This document shows, one piece after another, positions 32,059 through 41,187 of a stretch of DNA of 64,000 bases. The position numbers were made by a program, and so were the translations under genes. The DNA comes from Syntrophales bacterium (lineage in GTDB: Bacteria > Desulfobacterota > Syntrophia > Syntrophales > UBA2210): the NCBI GenBank assembly GCA_963662405.2, contig CAXXKT010000001.1, forward strand, positions 608,001 to 672,000, read 5' to 3'. The notes below the pieces were generated by a model. That model made no database searches. It was not told the DNA's origin and saw only the letters and a list, made by a program, of their open reading frames with translations. Numbering within the stretch: position 1 is the first letter of the stretch; the number at the start of each line of letters is the position of its first letter.

Positions 32059-32235
32059 TACCCCCCACCAGAAAGCGGGCCTCGCCGTCACTTGGGGAGG
32101 TCCGCTTTCCACTTTTCAGCAACCCCCGTTTCATCGAATCGGGAGATCCGCATGGGTGTGTCATGTCCGCCTCCGCGAAGATCTCATGCACCGCTCCGGT
32201 TTCTCACATCACGACACATCGCTCTCGAGCGAGAC

Positions 32236-32347
32236 TCCCGGGAAGAGAGAGATACCCAGGGCGTCACTCTGGCTCTGTTCAGACGAGGCCGCGTACATAA
32301 TCGGCAAAGAGATCGCCATCGGCGGCGGGCAGGGGATCAAGCCCTGA
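32236..32347 (+). pseudogene. C-terminal remnant of an SDR oxidoreductase
   Basis: LWLCSDEAAYIIGKEIAIGGG resembles the SDR terminal motif LFLASDEASYITGQxIxVDGG. Confidence 0.65.
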
Positions 32348-32710
32348 CGGGTCGCGAAAAGCACCGTCCGTCCTCGTATAGTCTTTCATCATATAAACCG
32401 TGCGATGTCAAAGGCATCGCACGGTTTGACGCTTCACCCACTTAGCAGCAATATCTCCCTGTTGTTTTTCATAATTCGACATCGATTTTCTTGGCACGCA
32501 ATCGCGTATTACAAGCCTGTCGTATGTTCCCAGCAAGAAACCTGCTCCTTATTATATCAAGAAATGCGACAAGATCCCTGAATCGGTTGTAGGTCGACGT
32601 AAAGACCTCAAGGCCTTGAAAAGGTTAACCCCTTTAAAGAAATTGATGAGCCTGCCAGTCGTTCAATCGAATGAGTTGTTCCGAAAAATAGTTTTGCGAA
32701 AAATAACACC

Positions 32711-32753
32711 TTGACATTTGCCTTTCTCGGCCATACAATAACATTGTTTTCTA
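32711..32753 (+). promoter_or_regulatory. sigma70 promoter plus palindromic operator (binding protein 2)
   Basis: TTGACA-N17-TACAAT overlapped by AATAACATTGTTTTCTA. Confidence 0.8.
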
Positions 32754-33301
32754 TAAACTTACCTTCTAGCAATCAGCGGCACGTGTATTTTTCCTTCGTC
32801 TCGCATGCGAATACAAGGATTATAAATAACGTATTACCGGTTACTTATTGCGTATATCGTTCAAGCAAAAAAGACCACCAGATAATACTGAATCAAGGCA
32901 ACGAAAGGGTTACACCAAGGCCACACAAATTGCTCTTGATTTATAATAACGTTGTTACTGATTTCAACACAAGAGCACTTCTCAACATACACGTACCAAA
33001 AGAGCAAAATATTTCCACTCATGATGGCGAATAGTAATCAGAGAATAATCGCGACCACCCACCGGAGTAAAACGCATCAGGGACCCTGCAGACACAAACA
33101 TCGACGGAGCAACCGTTACAACCCATGACAACAGGAGCACGGAGAACCTATGGACCCGCATGCTTTTCCGACACATTCATCGAGCATCGATGATCCAAAA
33201 CCTGATTCCCTGTTGGGTTTGCAGGATGAACACACAGACAATTTGAGGGCAACATGCAACGACAGTTGCAACTACAATGATCAGGGAAGGAGTAATTACC
33301 G

Positions 33302-34675
33302 ATGGTAAGAAGATTCAGATTTGACTTGTGTGCGGTTGCAATACTCGTATTGACGTTCTGTTTTGCATCTCCCGGGGTGAGTGCCGTCCCGTCGGGAGAA
33401 CCGATCGTGATCGGGTATGCGGGGATGGTGCTTTCGCCGGGAACAAGACCCTGCATGGCGATCCAGAAGCTTGCGGTCCAGGAGATCAACGAGGCGGGCG
33501 GCGTTCTCGGGCGGCCCCTGAATTACGTAATCGCCGACAATAAGGGAGCCACCTCCCTGACAGTTGAAGGTACGCGTCGGTTGCTTCTCGAAGAAAAGGC
33601 AACGTTTATCTTTGTGGAGGGTCGGACGGAAATCTGTCTCGCCGCCCAGGAAAACGCAGCAGCCATGTTCAAGGACTACCCGCATATTATGATATTCAAC
33701 GGCGCCACAGGAAGTGAACTGACCGATCGGGTCATCGACAATTATGAAAAATACAAGTTCTGCTTCCGTGACGCAGACCCGGAAGCGTCCCAGTATGCCC
33801 AATTGAGATATTTCTGGGGAACATCGTGGCCTCAGATGCTCCCTGGCATTAAGAGGATAGCCCTCCTCTGGGAGGATCTTGAGTGGACCAAGCCATTCCA
33901 AGAAGGAATCCCTTCCATGCCGGGGTTTATACCCTGGGAGGAGATGATGGAAAAAGAATACGGTTATGAGATCGTCTACAGCAAAAAGGTCAAGCCGAGG
34001 GGAACGATGTATCTGCCCCTTTTACAACAGATGGCCATGGGAAAGCCCGATCTTATTTTTTACATCAGTTCGTGGTTCACCGATACGGAATCCTTCACCA
34101 AGCAGTGGGCCGACTCGGCCGCGCGTGATGTCCCTCTCTTTCTCTACAGTGGTATCTCGCAGACCCTCGATTTCTGGCAACTGACCGGCGGAAAGTGCTT
34201 GGGGGTATTTACTGGGTATGCAGAACCTATGCTTCCGCTGACAGAGAAAACCATCCCCTTTGTTGAGATGGCCAAGCAACACAACATTCCAGCCCAACTG
34301 CACGTTCACTATGCCTACGCTGGCATCTACTTCATCAAGAAGGTGATCGAGACCGCCGGAGGCGTGGATGACATCGACAAGCTGATCAAGGCGATGGAGA
34401 CGACGGAGACCACATACTCACTGGGTAAGTTATCCTACGAGCAGAAGAGGGTAAAACCCTTCTTCCACTCCAGGGTCAGGGTTGATGTTTCTGACCCTCT
34501 GAATAAGACCGTATCCGAGGCTTTTATTCAGGCTGTGGCTCAATTCCAGAACAACGGTAAAATCGTGTATATGGGAGCCACCTGCAAGGAACAAGAGCAT
34601 ATCACCGAGAAAATTGGATTGGGTAAACCGGAAAGCTATGTCTATCCGGCCGAGTTGAGGAAGAGGGAGAAATAG
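33302..34675 (+). CDS. LivK-like (type I PBP) ABC substrate-binding protein
   Basis: Signal peptide, EPIVIG, EINEAGGVLGRP, YKFCFR; intact paralog of 30688-32058. Confidence 0.9.
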   Translation: MVRRFRFDLCAVAILVLTFCFASPGVSAVPSGEPIVIGYAGMVLSPGTRPCMAIQKLAVQEINEAGGVLGRPLNYVIADNKGATSLTVEGTRRLLLEEKATFIFVEGRTEICLAAQENAAAMFKDYPHIMIFNGATGSELTDRVIDNYEKYKFCFRDADPEASQYAQLRYFWGTSWPQMLPGIKRIALLWEDLEWTKPFQEGIPSMPGFIPWEEMMEKEYGYEIVYSKKVKPRGTMYLPLLQQMAMGKPDLIFYISSWFTDTESFTKQWADSAARDVPLFLYSGISQTLDFWQLTGGKCLGVFTGYAEPMLPLTEKTIPFVEMAKQHNIPAQLHVHYAYAGIYFIKKVIETAGGVDDIDKLIKAMETTETTYSLGKLSYEQKRVKPFFHSRVRVDVSDPLNKTVSEAFIQAVAQFQNNGKIVYMGATCKEQEHITEKIGLGKPESYVYPAELRKREK

Positions 34676-34701
34676 CCTTCAAGCCATAAACAGCAGTTGA
34701 T

Positions 34702-34740
34702 AAAACGGGCTTTGTTGCATTGCGGCGAGGCCCGTTTTTT
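34702..34740 (+). terminator. Intrinsic terminator
   Basis: AAAACGGGCTTTGTTGCA-t-TGCGGCGAGGCCCGTTTTT. Confidence 0.8.
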
Positions 34741-34917
34741 CATGACTTCAAACACAACAGATGAAACAAGGGGGAAGAGCGGATGCACCGCCGTGATTTG
34801 AAGCTAATACACGACAGGAAGGAACTATCTGGCCCACTGTAATCATCCGGATCCTCAGCGGGTTCTTGGCGTACCTCTCATGTTTCTGAAGGGATCACAA
34901 TAATTATCGGGAAAAAT

Positions 34918-34962
34918 GATTGATACTGCCCTACACTTCTTAATCGTAGGGCAGTATCAATC
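34918..34962 (-). terminator. 17-bp perfect hairpin, probable terminator of the SDR operon
   Basis: GATTGATACTGCCCTAC / GTAGGGCAGTATCAATC, followed by ATTTTT on the minus strand. Confidence 0.7.
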
Positions 34963-35002
34963 GGGGGGTGGAGAGAAAGGAATCGTTCATAACACCATTC
35001 AT

Positions 35003-35815
35003 CTAATGCCCTTCGACAACCGAAGGGGTCATCAGCAAGACACCGCCGTCAATGACGATCTCCGCACCCGTCGTATAGCTGGAGGCCTCGGAGGCCAGAT
35101 ATACGGCGGCCCCAGCAATATCATCGGGTTGTCCGACGCGACGCATCGGTAAACCCGCTTCCAGCTTTTCCTTTGCCTTTTTAACTTCCTCGGGGGAAAG
35201 ATTCCACCAGTGAGAATCCATCATCTTCGTGCTGATCGGTCCCGGGATAATGGTGTTCACCTGGATATTAAAGGGGGCCAGCTCGGCGGCAAAGGCCTTT
35301 GTGACCATACGCACACCCGCCTTGGAGACCGAGTAGACACTGACGAAAGGCTCGGGCCTGAAACCGTCGATTGACGCCACATTGATGATCTTGCCGCCGC
35401 CCTGATCCTTCATCACCTTCGCCGCCGCCTGACTGAGGAAATACAATCCCTTCAGATTCAGGTTCATGATGGTATCCCAGAGACGTTCGTCGGAGTCGAG
35501 GACGGTCCCCATTGCGGGGCTGGCACCGGCATTATTCACCAGGACGTCAAACCGCCCGTACTTTTCCATCACAGTGCTGACGACCTTCTGAACCTCCTCC
35601 ATCTTTCCCAGGTGGGCGGGGAGGACAAACGCCTTACCACCGAAGGCCTCGATCGCCGCGGCCGTCGTTTCAAGATCGTGGGCCTTACGGCTGGTCACGA
35701 CAACCGTGGCACCGGCCCTGGCAAGACCGAAGGCGATGCCCTGCCCGATACCGCGGCTCCCGCCGGTGATAACAGCCACTTTATTTTTTAACGAAAAACT
35801 GGATACATCAAACAT
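35003..35815 (-). CDS. Classical short-chain dehydrogenase/reductase
   Basis: TGGSRGIG, NNAG, YSVSK, IDGG. Confidence 0.95.
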   Translation of the reverse strand: MFDVSSFSLKNKVAVITGGSRGIGQGIAFGLARAGATVVVTSRKAHDLETTAAAIEAFGGKAFVLPAHLGKMEEVQKVVSTVMEKYGRFDVLVNNAGASPAMGTVLDSDERLWDTIMNLNLKGLYFLSQAAAKVMKDQGGGKIINVASIDGFRPEPFVSVYSVSKAGVRMVTKAFAAELAPFNIQVNTIIPGPISTKMMDSHWWNLSPEEVKKAKEKLEAGLPMRRVGQPDDIAGAAVYLASEASSYTTGAEIVIDGGVLLMTPSVVEGH

Positions 35816-35848
35816 AGGGATCGCCTCCTCTTTCTTCTGCACAACGCG

Positions 35849-36880
35849 TTATAGAATCGGATTGATGACCGGCAGATCCAGCGGATATCTCAGTCCCGGT
35901 TCCGCATCAACCACCCGCGGGATAACGTGGATGGTCGGAGCAACGCTGGTTTCAAAACTTTCATCATAGGGAGGCATCGTTCCTCTGATCTCCGCTTCAA
36001 TAACAGACGGCGACCCTTCAAAACGCATTTTCTCAACGATCTTGGGCGCATCAATCTGATCGTTGCAGACATTGTGGATATAGATCAGCGTGACCTTTTC
36101 CTCCTCACCCACCATGCCGTGCCATATGAACTTGTGCCCACAGATGGTGTCCGCCGGGATATCTCCCCAGGCTGTTTTCAGCGGAATGGACGTTGTAAAC
36201 ACCTCATCGGTGCAATAGACATCCGTCATGTTATACCCAAGCCTATCGCCGACCTCCCAGACACCATCTCCGTAATAGGTCGCGATTCCCCGTCGGATAG
36301 CTTCCACATCCACGTCTTCCGGTTTCGATCCATAGCCGAAGAACCGAACCCAGTCCGAGGTATTCCCCTGATCATCTTCGCCGCATTCCATAATGACGCG
36401 ATCCACCCGCTCCATAGCGGCACACAGAACAACGGGAAAATAGTTGGAATACAAACCGGGCATCAAACCGATCTGCAGGAAGGTCACGCCATTTTCCTTC
36501 GCTGCATCGTCCAGCATCTTGGTAACGGCCGGGTCGGAAAACTTCGAATAGGAAATCGGTATGGTCGTAATGACATTTTTCTTGGCCTTGATGGCCCGGA
36601 CGATATTATCCGCGCTGGGTTTGAGTGAGCCTTTTTTCATCAGGCAGGGGAGATAGCACATGATAACGTCGGCATCCATGGCGAACGTCTTTTCAACATC
36701 ATCCGTCACGACAACCCCGGTCTTTCCGAAGCCGAATACCTCGCCCGCGTCCTTGCCCAATTTGCTGGGATCCACATCAATTGCCCCGACCAGCTCCAGG
36801 CTTTCCTTTTCCATGCACATCTTGACGGCAACTCTTCCGACATTCCCCAAACCCCAAATAATGACACGATACTTCCTCAT
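35849..36880 (-). CDS. Ord / NAD(P)H-dependent amine dehydrogenase-like protein (DapB-like N-terminus)
   Basis: WGLGNVG, LELVGAIDVDPSKLGKDAGE, GLMPG, IPRVVDAEPG..LDLP. Confidence 0.8.
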   Translation of the reverse strand: MRKYRVIIWGLGNVGRVAVKMCMEKESLELVGAIDVDPSKLGKDAGEVFGFGKTGVVVTDDVEKTFAMDADVIMCYLPCLMKKGSLKPSADNIVRAIKAKKNVITTIPISYSKFSDPAVTKMLDDAAKENGVTFLQIGLMPGLYSNYFPVVLCAAMERVDRVIMECGEDDQGNTSDWVRFFGYGSKPEDVDVEAIRRGIATYYGDGVWEVGDRLGYNMTDVYCTDEVFTTSIPLKTAWGDIPADTICGHKFIWHGMVGEEEKVTLIYIHNVCNDQIDAPKIVEKMRFEGSPSVIEAEIRGTMPPYDESFETSVAPTIHVIPRVVDAEPGLRYPLDLPVINPIL

Positions 36881-37062
36881 AATACATCTCCCTTCATCCT
36901 TTTTGTTTGTATTAAAAAATGCTCATCGAACACAATCATGACGCTCTGATTCTCTTTGGTAGCGTCGCCGGGGAAATCCCCACCGACCAAAAATAATGTT
37001 TCTATCCATACAAAGATACAACTGATAATATTGTCCTATACTTTAAATATTAACCCTTATTT

Positions 37063-37106
37063 TTAGAAAACAATGTTTTTATATATGCCAAAGAACCAGC
37101 TGTCAA
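37063..37106 (-). promoter_or_regulatory. sigma70 promoter plus palindromic operator (dehydrogenase-SDR operon)
   Basis: Minus strand TTGACA-N17-TATAAA overlapped by AAAAACATTGTTTTCTA. Confidence 0.8.
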
Positions 37107-37389
37107 GGTTTTTTTCAGATACCGGGTAGAGGGGGCATTTCTGGAGATCCGGTATACGCAGACGGGAGTAAAATCCACCACGCCCATCGCTCCGTATGGA
37201 AAAAGTAAGCAGCGGCCATCCATACGATCAGCTCCCTTTTCATCAGTGTAATCAGGTTATTGCATACGAAGCTCCCGCAAAGATACCGAAAATACGTCGA
37301 GTAACACTTCCCCTGATCACATCCTCTCGACGCCTCCGCCAGACGGGCAGTGGATTTACCAATGGACATATCATTCACGGAAAAACACC

Positions 37390-37432
37390 TTGACTTTTCC
37401 TTTTTTGAGGGATATAAAAACATTGTTTTTTA
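37390..37432 (+). promoter_or_regulatory. sigma70 promoter plus palindromic operator (binding protein 3)
   Basis: TTGACT-N17-TATAAA overlapped by perfect AAAAACA-T-TGTTTTT. Confidence 0.8.
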
Positions 37433-38087
37433 GATAAATATTTTTGTCTTCCGAGCTCTTATTACACATTCTGATCGGATATCTTTAATACTCAGGAAAA
37501 CTGTTCAAGAAAGAAGGTCAATATTAGCAAAAGTTTGAGTAAGAATTGGCGTGGCAGGAAATCCCAGGCCGGAAACAATCACATCTTCTGCAGCAAGGAA
37601 TATGATGATGAAACGGATAAATTGTGACATATTTAAAAACAATGTTCCTAATTCATTGATAACCAGTGCCCTCTCCTGCGCTTCATTCCCCGCCAGGAAA
37701 AATGCAACGGGGAAAGCAATGACGACCGCATCTCAAAGAACAGGCACAGGCATGAATAGTGTGTATCGGGCATTTCGGCTCTTTGCGAATGACTTGATTT
37801 TGCGCCTACCCATGGGTTTATGAATTACCTGGAGGGCTTAAATGTTCACATCATTTTTACGGAAGGGGGTGACATTCGGTTTTCAACCTCAGAAGCTCGA
37901 AAAGGCAGGAGAAGCGGTGCCCGTTTGCCTTGGAAGAGGTAGGGGCGTCCGCAGGTTCAATCCCACGAAAGCGGATGTGCACAAGAAGCAAGACAAGAAG
38001 GGGGCAATGGACCCGATGAGTTTTCGTAACCTGAGGGAACCATAAACTAAAAAAGGGATCGAGCAACAGGAAACAGGAGGTTTCACT

Positions 38088-39434
38088 ATGAGAAGCAGAT
38101 GTTTTGTAACAGCAACACTAATGGCAGCTGTTATCGTGATGCTGGCAGCTTTTGGTCACGCTCCGGCGGAAGGAGCTTCGACACCGTCTAATCAAGAACC
38201 GATAGTGATAGTGTATATATGCGATCTCAAATCGCAAGGAGTACCTGTTGAATGGATGAACGTGGCCGTAAAACAGATCAATGAATCCGGCGGCGTCCTG
38301 GGACGGGAATTGAAATTCATATACGAAGATTGTAAGGGTGAAACGACCTTGGCCGTGCAGGGATATGCACGGGCGCTGATGACCCATAAGGCTACGATCG
38401 TGGGAGTCTATCCCCGATCTGAAATAGCCCTCGCCTGTGAGGCAAAAGCCGGCGAGTTGTTTCCTGAATACCCGCATATTTTCCTCGCGGTAGATGCCGG
38501 GGCCGATCAGATTACCGATAGAATAGCCACCGATTACGATAAGTGGAAATTCGTCTTCAGAGATAACTGTGCGGAGCCGGGGAGAGCGCGCGCGTTTCTC
38601 GACATAGTAGATTTTTTCAGCAGTCTCGGGGCGAAAAAGATGGCCCTCCTGCGCGAAGACCTTATGTGGACCGAGAAGGCATTTAAAGGTATTCCGCCAA
38701 CGGCACTCTGTAAGGGCCTCCCAAGCATGAAGGAACGGGCGCATGAGCTCGGCATGGAGATCGTTTACGAAAAGGCTTTAAAATATCGAGCCGGGATGTA
38801 TTCTCCCATATTAGAAAAAATAGCCGCCGCAGGGGCTGACTGTTGTGTATTTATCGCTTCTGCCGGGAATGATTCGGATGTGTTTGTCAGGCAGTGGGCT
38901 ACTTCCAGTGCACGTAATATACACATGTCCATCACCGCAGCCTGCGGGAGCAAGTTCTGGCGAAGAACAGGTGGCCAAGCCCTGGGGGTCGTCTATACGT
39001 GGGGATTGGTTCCTCTGCTGGCCGGCGCTCAGACACCCGAAATTCCGGATATCTATGAAACAGCAATAAAATATAAATTGGACCTTGACGCCGCAGTCCT
39101 GTTCAGCGCCTATGCGGATATGTTCTTCATAAAAAAGGCCATAGAAAAGGCAGGCGGTACGGATGACATCAACGCCTTGATCACGGCAATGGAAGAAACA
39201 GAGATTGTGGGGCCCATGGGGACATTGCGCTATCAAACGGAACGTATCCCACCTTTCTGTCATTCCGCTGCGTTTTTGGATCCGAAAGACCCCATGAAAT
39301 ATGCTGAGCGGGGCTTCAGGATCGATACCGGCCAGTTCCAGAAAGGCGGGAAGATTGTGCTTCTCACGAAGCCATTCCCCGGGGTAGAGGGAAGTCCGAA
39401 TTACTACAAAACCCCGGCCGAACTGCGTAAGTAA
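38088..39434 (+). CDS. Third LivK-like ABC substrate-binding protein (divergent paralog)
   Basis: RBS AGGAGG, signal peptide, QINESGGVLGREL, WKFVFRD, AYADMFFIKKAIEKAGG. Confidence 0.9.
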   Translation: MRSRCFVTATLMAAVIVMLAAFGHAPAEGASTPSNQEPIVIVYICDLKSQGVPVEWMNVAVKQINESGGVLGRELKFIYEDCKGETTLAVQGYARALMTHKATIVGVYPRSEIALACEAKAGELFPEYPHIFLAVDAGADQITDRIATDYDKWKFVFRDNCAEPGRARAFLDIVDFFSSLGAKKMALLREDLMWTEKAFKGIPPTALCKGLPSMKERAHELGMEIVYEKALKYRAGMYSPILEKIAAAGADCCVFIASAGNDSDVFVRQWATSSARNIHMSITAACGSKFWRRTGGQALGVVYTWGLVPLLAGAQTPEIPDIYETAIKYKLDLDAAVLFSAYADMFFIKKAIEKAGGTDDINALITAMEETEIVGPMGTLRYQTERIPPFCHSAAFLDPKDPMKYAERGFRIDTGQFQKGGKIVLLTKPFPGVEGSPNYYKTPAELRK

Positions 39435-39771
39435 AATATAAACGGTATACACGGGATGACATCGTAGAAACCATGGATTTTTCAAAAAGGCATGTTGTGG
39501 TTTTCAAAAGATATGCTGAGGAATCAGTGAGTTGACGGAAAAAAATAGATAATCCTTGATGATTTAGTCTAAAGACCTCTCTTGAGCGATCCTCGTTTGT
39601 AAGGCGAGGATCGCTCAATCCGACCGTCACACGAGCGACCATAAACGACATCCGTTTCGGCAAGAGACACACAGTGTGGTCAGGGAGATATGCACAAGTA
39701 CCGGCCTTGTGAGGGGGAAGATACGAAAAAAGAGTGGTAGAAATTTACAGAAAGGTAAGATATATACAGAT

Positions 39772-39786
39772 AAAAATATTGTTTTT
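39772..39786. promoter_or_regulatory. Operator-like palindrome upstream of tetR
   Basis: AAAAATATTGTTTTT, one mismatch to the operator at 37416. Confidence 0.6.
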
Positions 39787-39803
39787 GATTGGATACCCTT
39801 CAC

Positions 39804-40451
39804 ATGGCTAGTGATGCACCCACAACAAAAGAATTGAAACCTGAAACAAAATCTCGGCTGGAAGCGGCGGTGAAAGAGCTTTTCAGCTCAAAGGATTTTC
39901 ACCAAGTGAACATGAGATCCATCGCCCAAAAGGCCGGCGTGGGATTGAATACCATTTACCTGTATTATGAAAGCAAAGAAAAGATGCTTTTTTCGTTCGT
40001 CAACGAATGGATTATTCAACTGGATGACAGGATTGCCGATCACTTACAAGGACTCGAAACATTTAAAGAAAAAATGCGCAAAAGTATCTGGGTGATACTC
40101 GATTTTTACGAGAGAAATCCTGACATCGCCGAAATATTATTGCTGACGGTCCCCTTTAAAACCTGGATGACCGACGCGACCTTTAAGCAAAGAGATACCG
40201 CAATGCGTATCATCAATCTTTTTCGGGAAGGGCAGGACACGGGGAAGCTCAATCCCGATATCCCCGCAGAAGTCATGTTTGACATACTGTACGGCACGAT
40301 TCACCGCCTTACCTATATGTGGATCTACCTGGAGAAGGAGAAAAGCTTAACCGGTTATGCCGGCATGCTATTCGATATTATATGGTGGGGCATCGCCAAC
40401 AGAGATAACACCGGAGAAACACCCTCCGTTCCGAAAACGAGCACACATTGA
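39804..40451 (+). CDS. TetR/AcrR-family transcriptional regulator
   Basis: HTH MRSIAQKAGVGLNTIYLYYESKEKM. Confidence 0.95.
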   Translation: MASDAPTTKELKPETKSRLEAAVKELFSSKDFHQVNMRSIAQKAGVGLNTIYLYYESKEKMLFSFVNEWIIQLDDRIADHLQGLETFKEKMRKSIWVILDFYERNPDIAEILLLTVPFKTWMTDATFKQRDTAMRIINLFREGQDTGKLNPDIPAEVMFDILYGTIHRLTYMWIYLEKEKSLTGYAGMLFDIIWWGIANRDNTGETPSVPKTSTH

Positions 40452-40569
40452 TTTGTTGTAACAACTCTTGAGAGTCGCGTCTGACCCCGTTTATATTGCT
40501 CGGTCTGCTGTCCTTTTCTTCTCAGGGAATTGACGGGGTCTGGTTGCAGGATCTCTGTTGCGACGGTGA

Positions 40570-41094
40570 TCAACGCTTCTGCCGTAATCGCGGGATCCAC
40601 ATGGGGACCTCCACCATATACGCCCGGTACGCATCCCCGAAGCGAGCGAGGAGGAGACGCTCCTCGTAACGCGATATGCAGTGCAGAAACAGGATCGCGA
40701 CACAGAACACCCCGGCGGCGGCCAGCGACAGGCTCAGCGCCAGGAGACCGAGGTACAGCAGGATCTCGCTCAGGTATATGGGGTGGCGGACAACGCCAAA
40801 CACACCCGTCCGGATCACCCCCGGAACCTCCCGCCTCTCACCGAAGACGATGGCAAGGCCCGTTCGAGCCAGGTAGCCGGAGAGAACCAGCAGGACGATC
40901 CCCAACGGTGCCCTGATCCAGAAGGGCACAGATTCATTGAGAACAGTCGTGTACTTCAGAAAGAAGGTGTCGAGAACCCACACCACCGCAAAAAGCACTG
41001 CCAGGACCGCCTGCCCGGCGTCACCCGCCGCATGCTCCCCGGCGAGATCATCCCTCTCTTCAAAATGCTCCCGGTATCTCCTTGTCCATCCCAT
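40570..41094 (-). CDS. Isoprenylcysteine carboxyl methyltransferase (ICMT/PEMT) family membrane protein
   Basis: VRHPIY, EERLL.ARFG.AY..Y...VP motifs. Confidence 0.88.
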   Translation of the reverse strand: MGWTRRYREHFEERDDLAGEHAAGDAGQAVLAVLFAVVWVLDTFFLKYTTVLNESVPFWIRAPLGIVLLVLSGYLARTGLAIVFGERREVPGVIRTGVFGVVRHPIYLSEILLYLGLLALSLSLAAAGVFCVAILFLHCISRYEERLLLARFGDAYRAYMVEVPMWIPRLRQKR

Positions 41095-41187
41095 TGTCTC
41101 TCCCCTCCCCCCTCATTCCCCGCACAAGACCTTCTCAGGTCATGAAAAGAATTGCGCCGCTGTGATTCCCTGTGAGCGTCCAGTCGT

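Noticed and set aside
32491..32507. sigma54-like TTGGCACG element
   Set aside because: No GC at the required 10-nt spacing.
34780..34905. Possible gene remnant between the two terminators
   Set aside because: Short frames without a convincing family motif.
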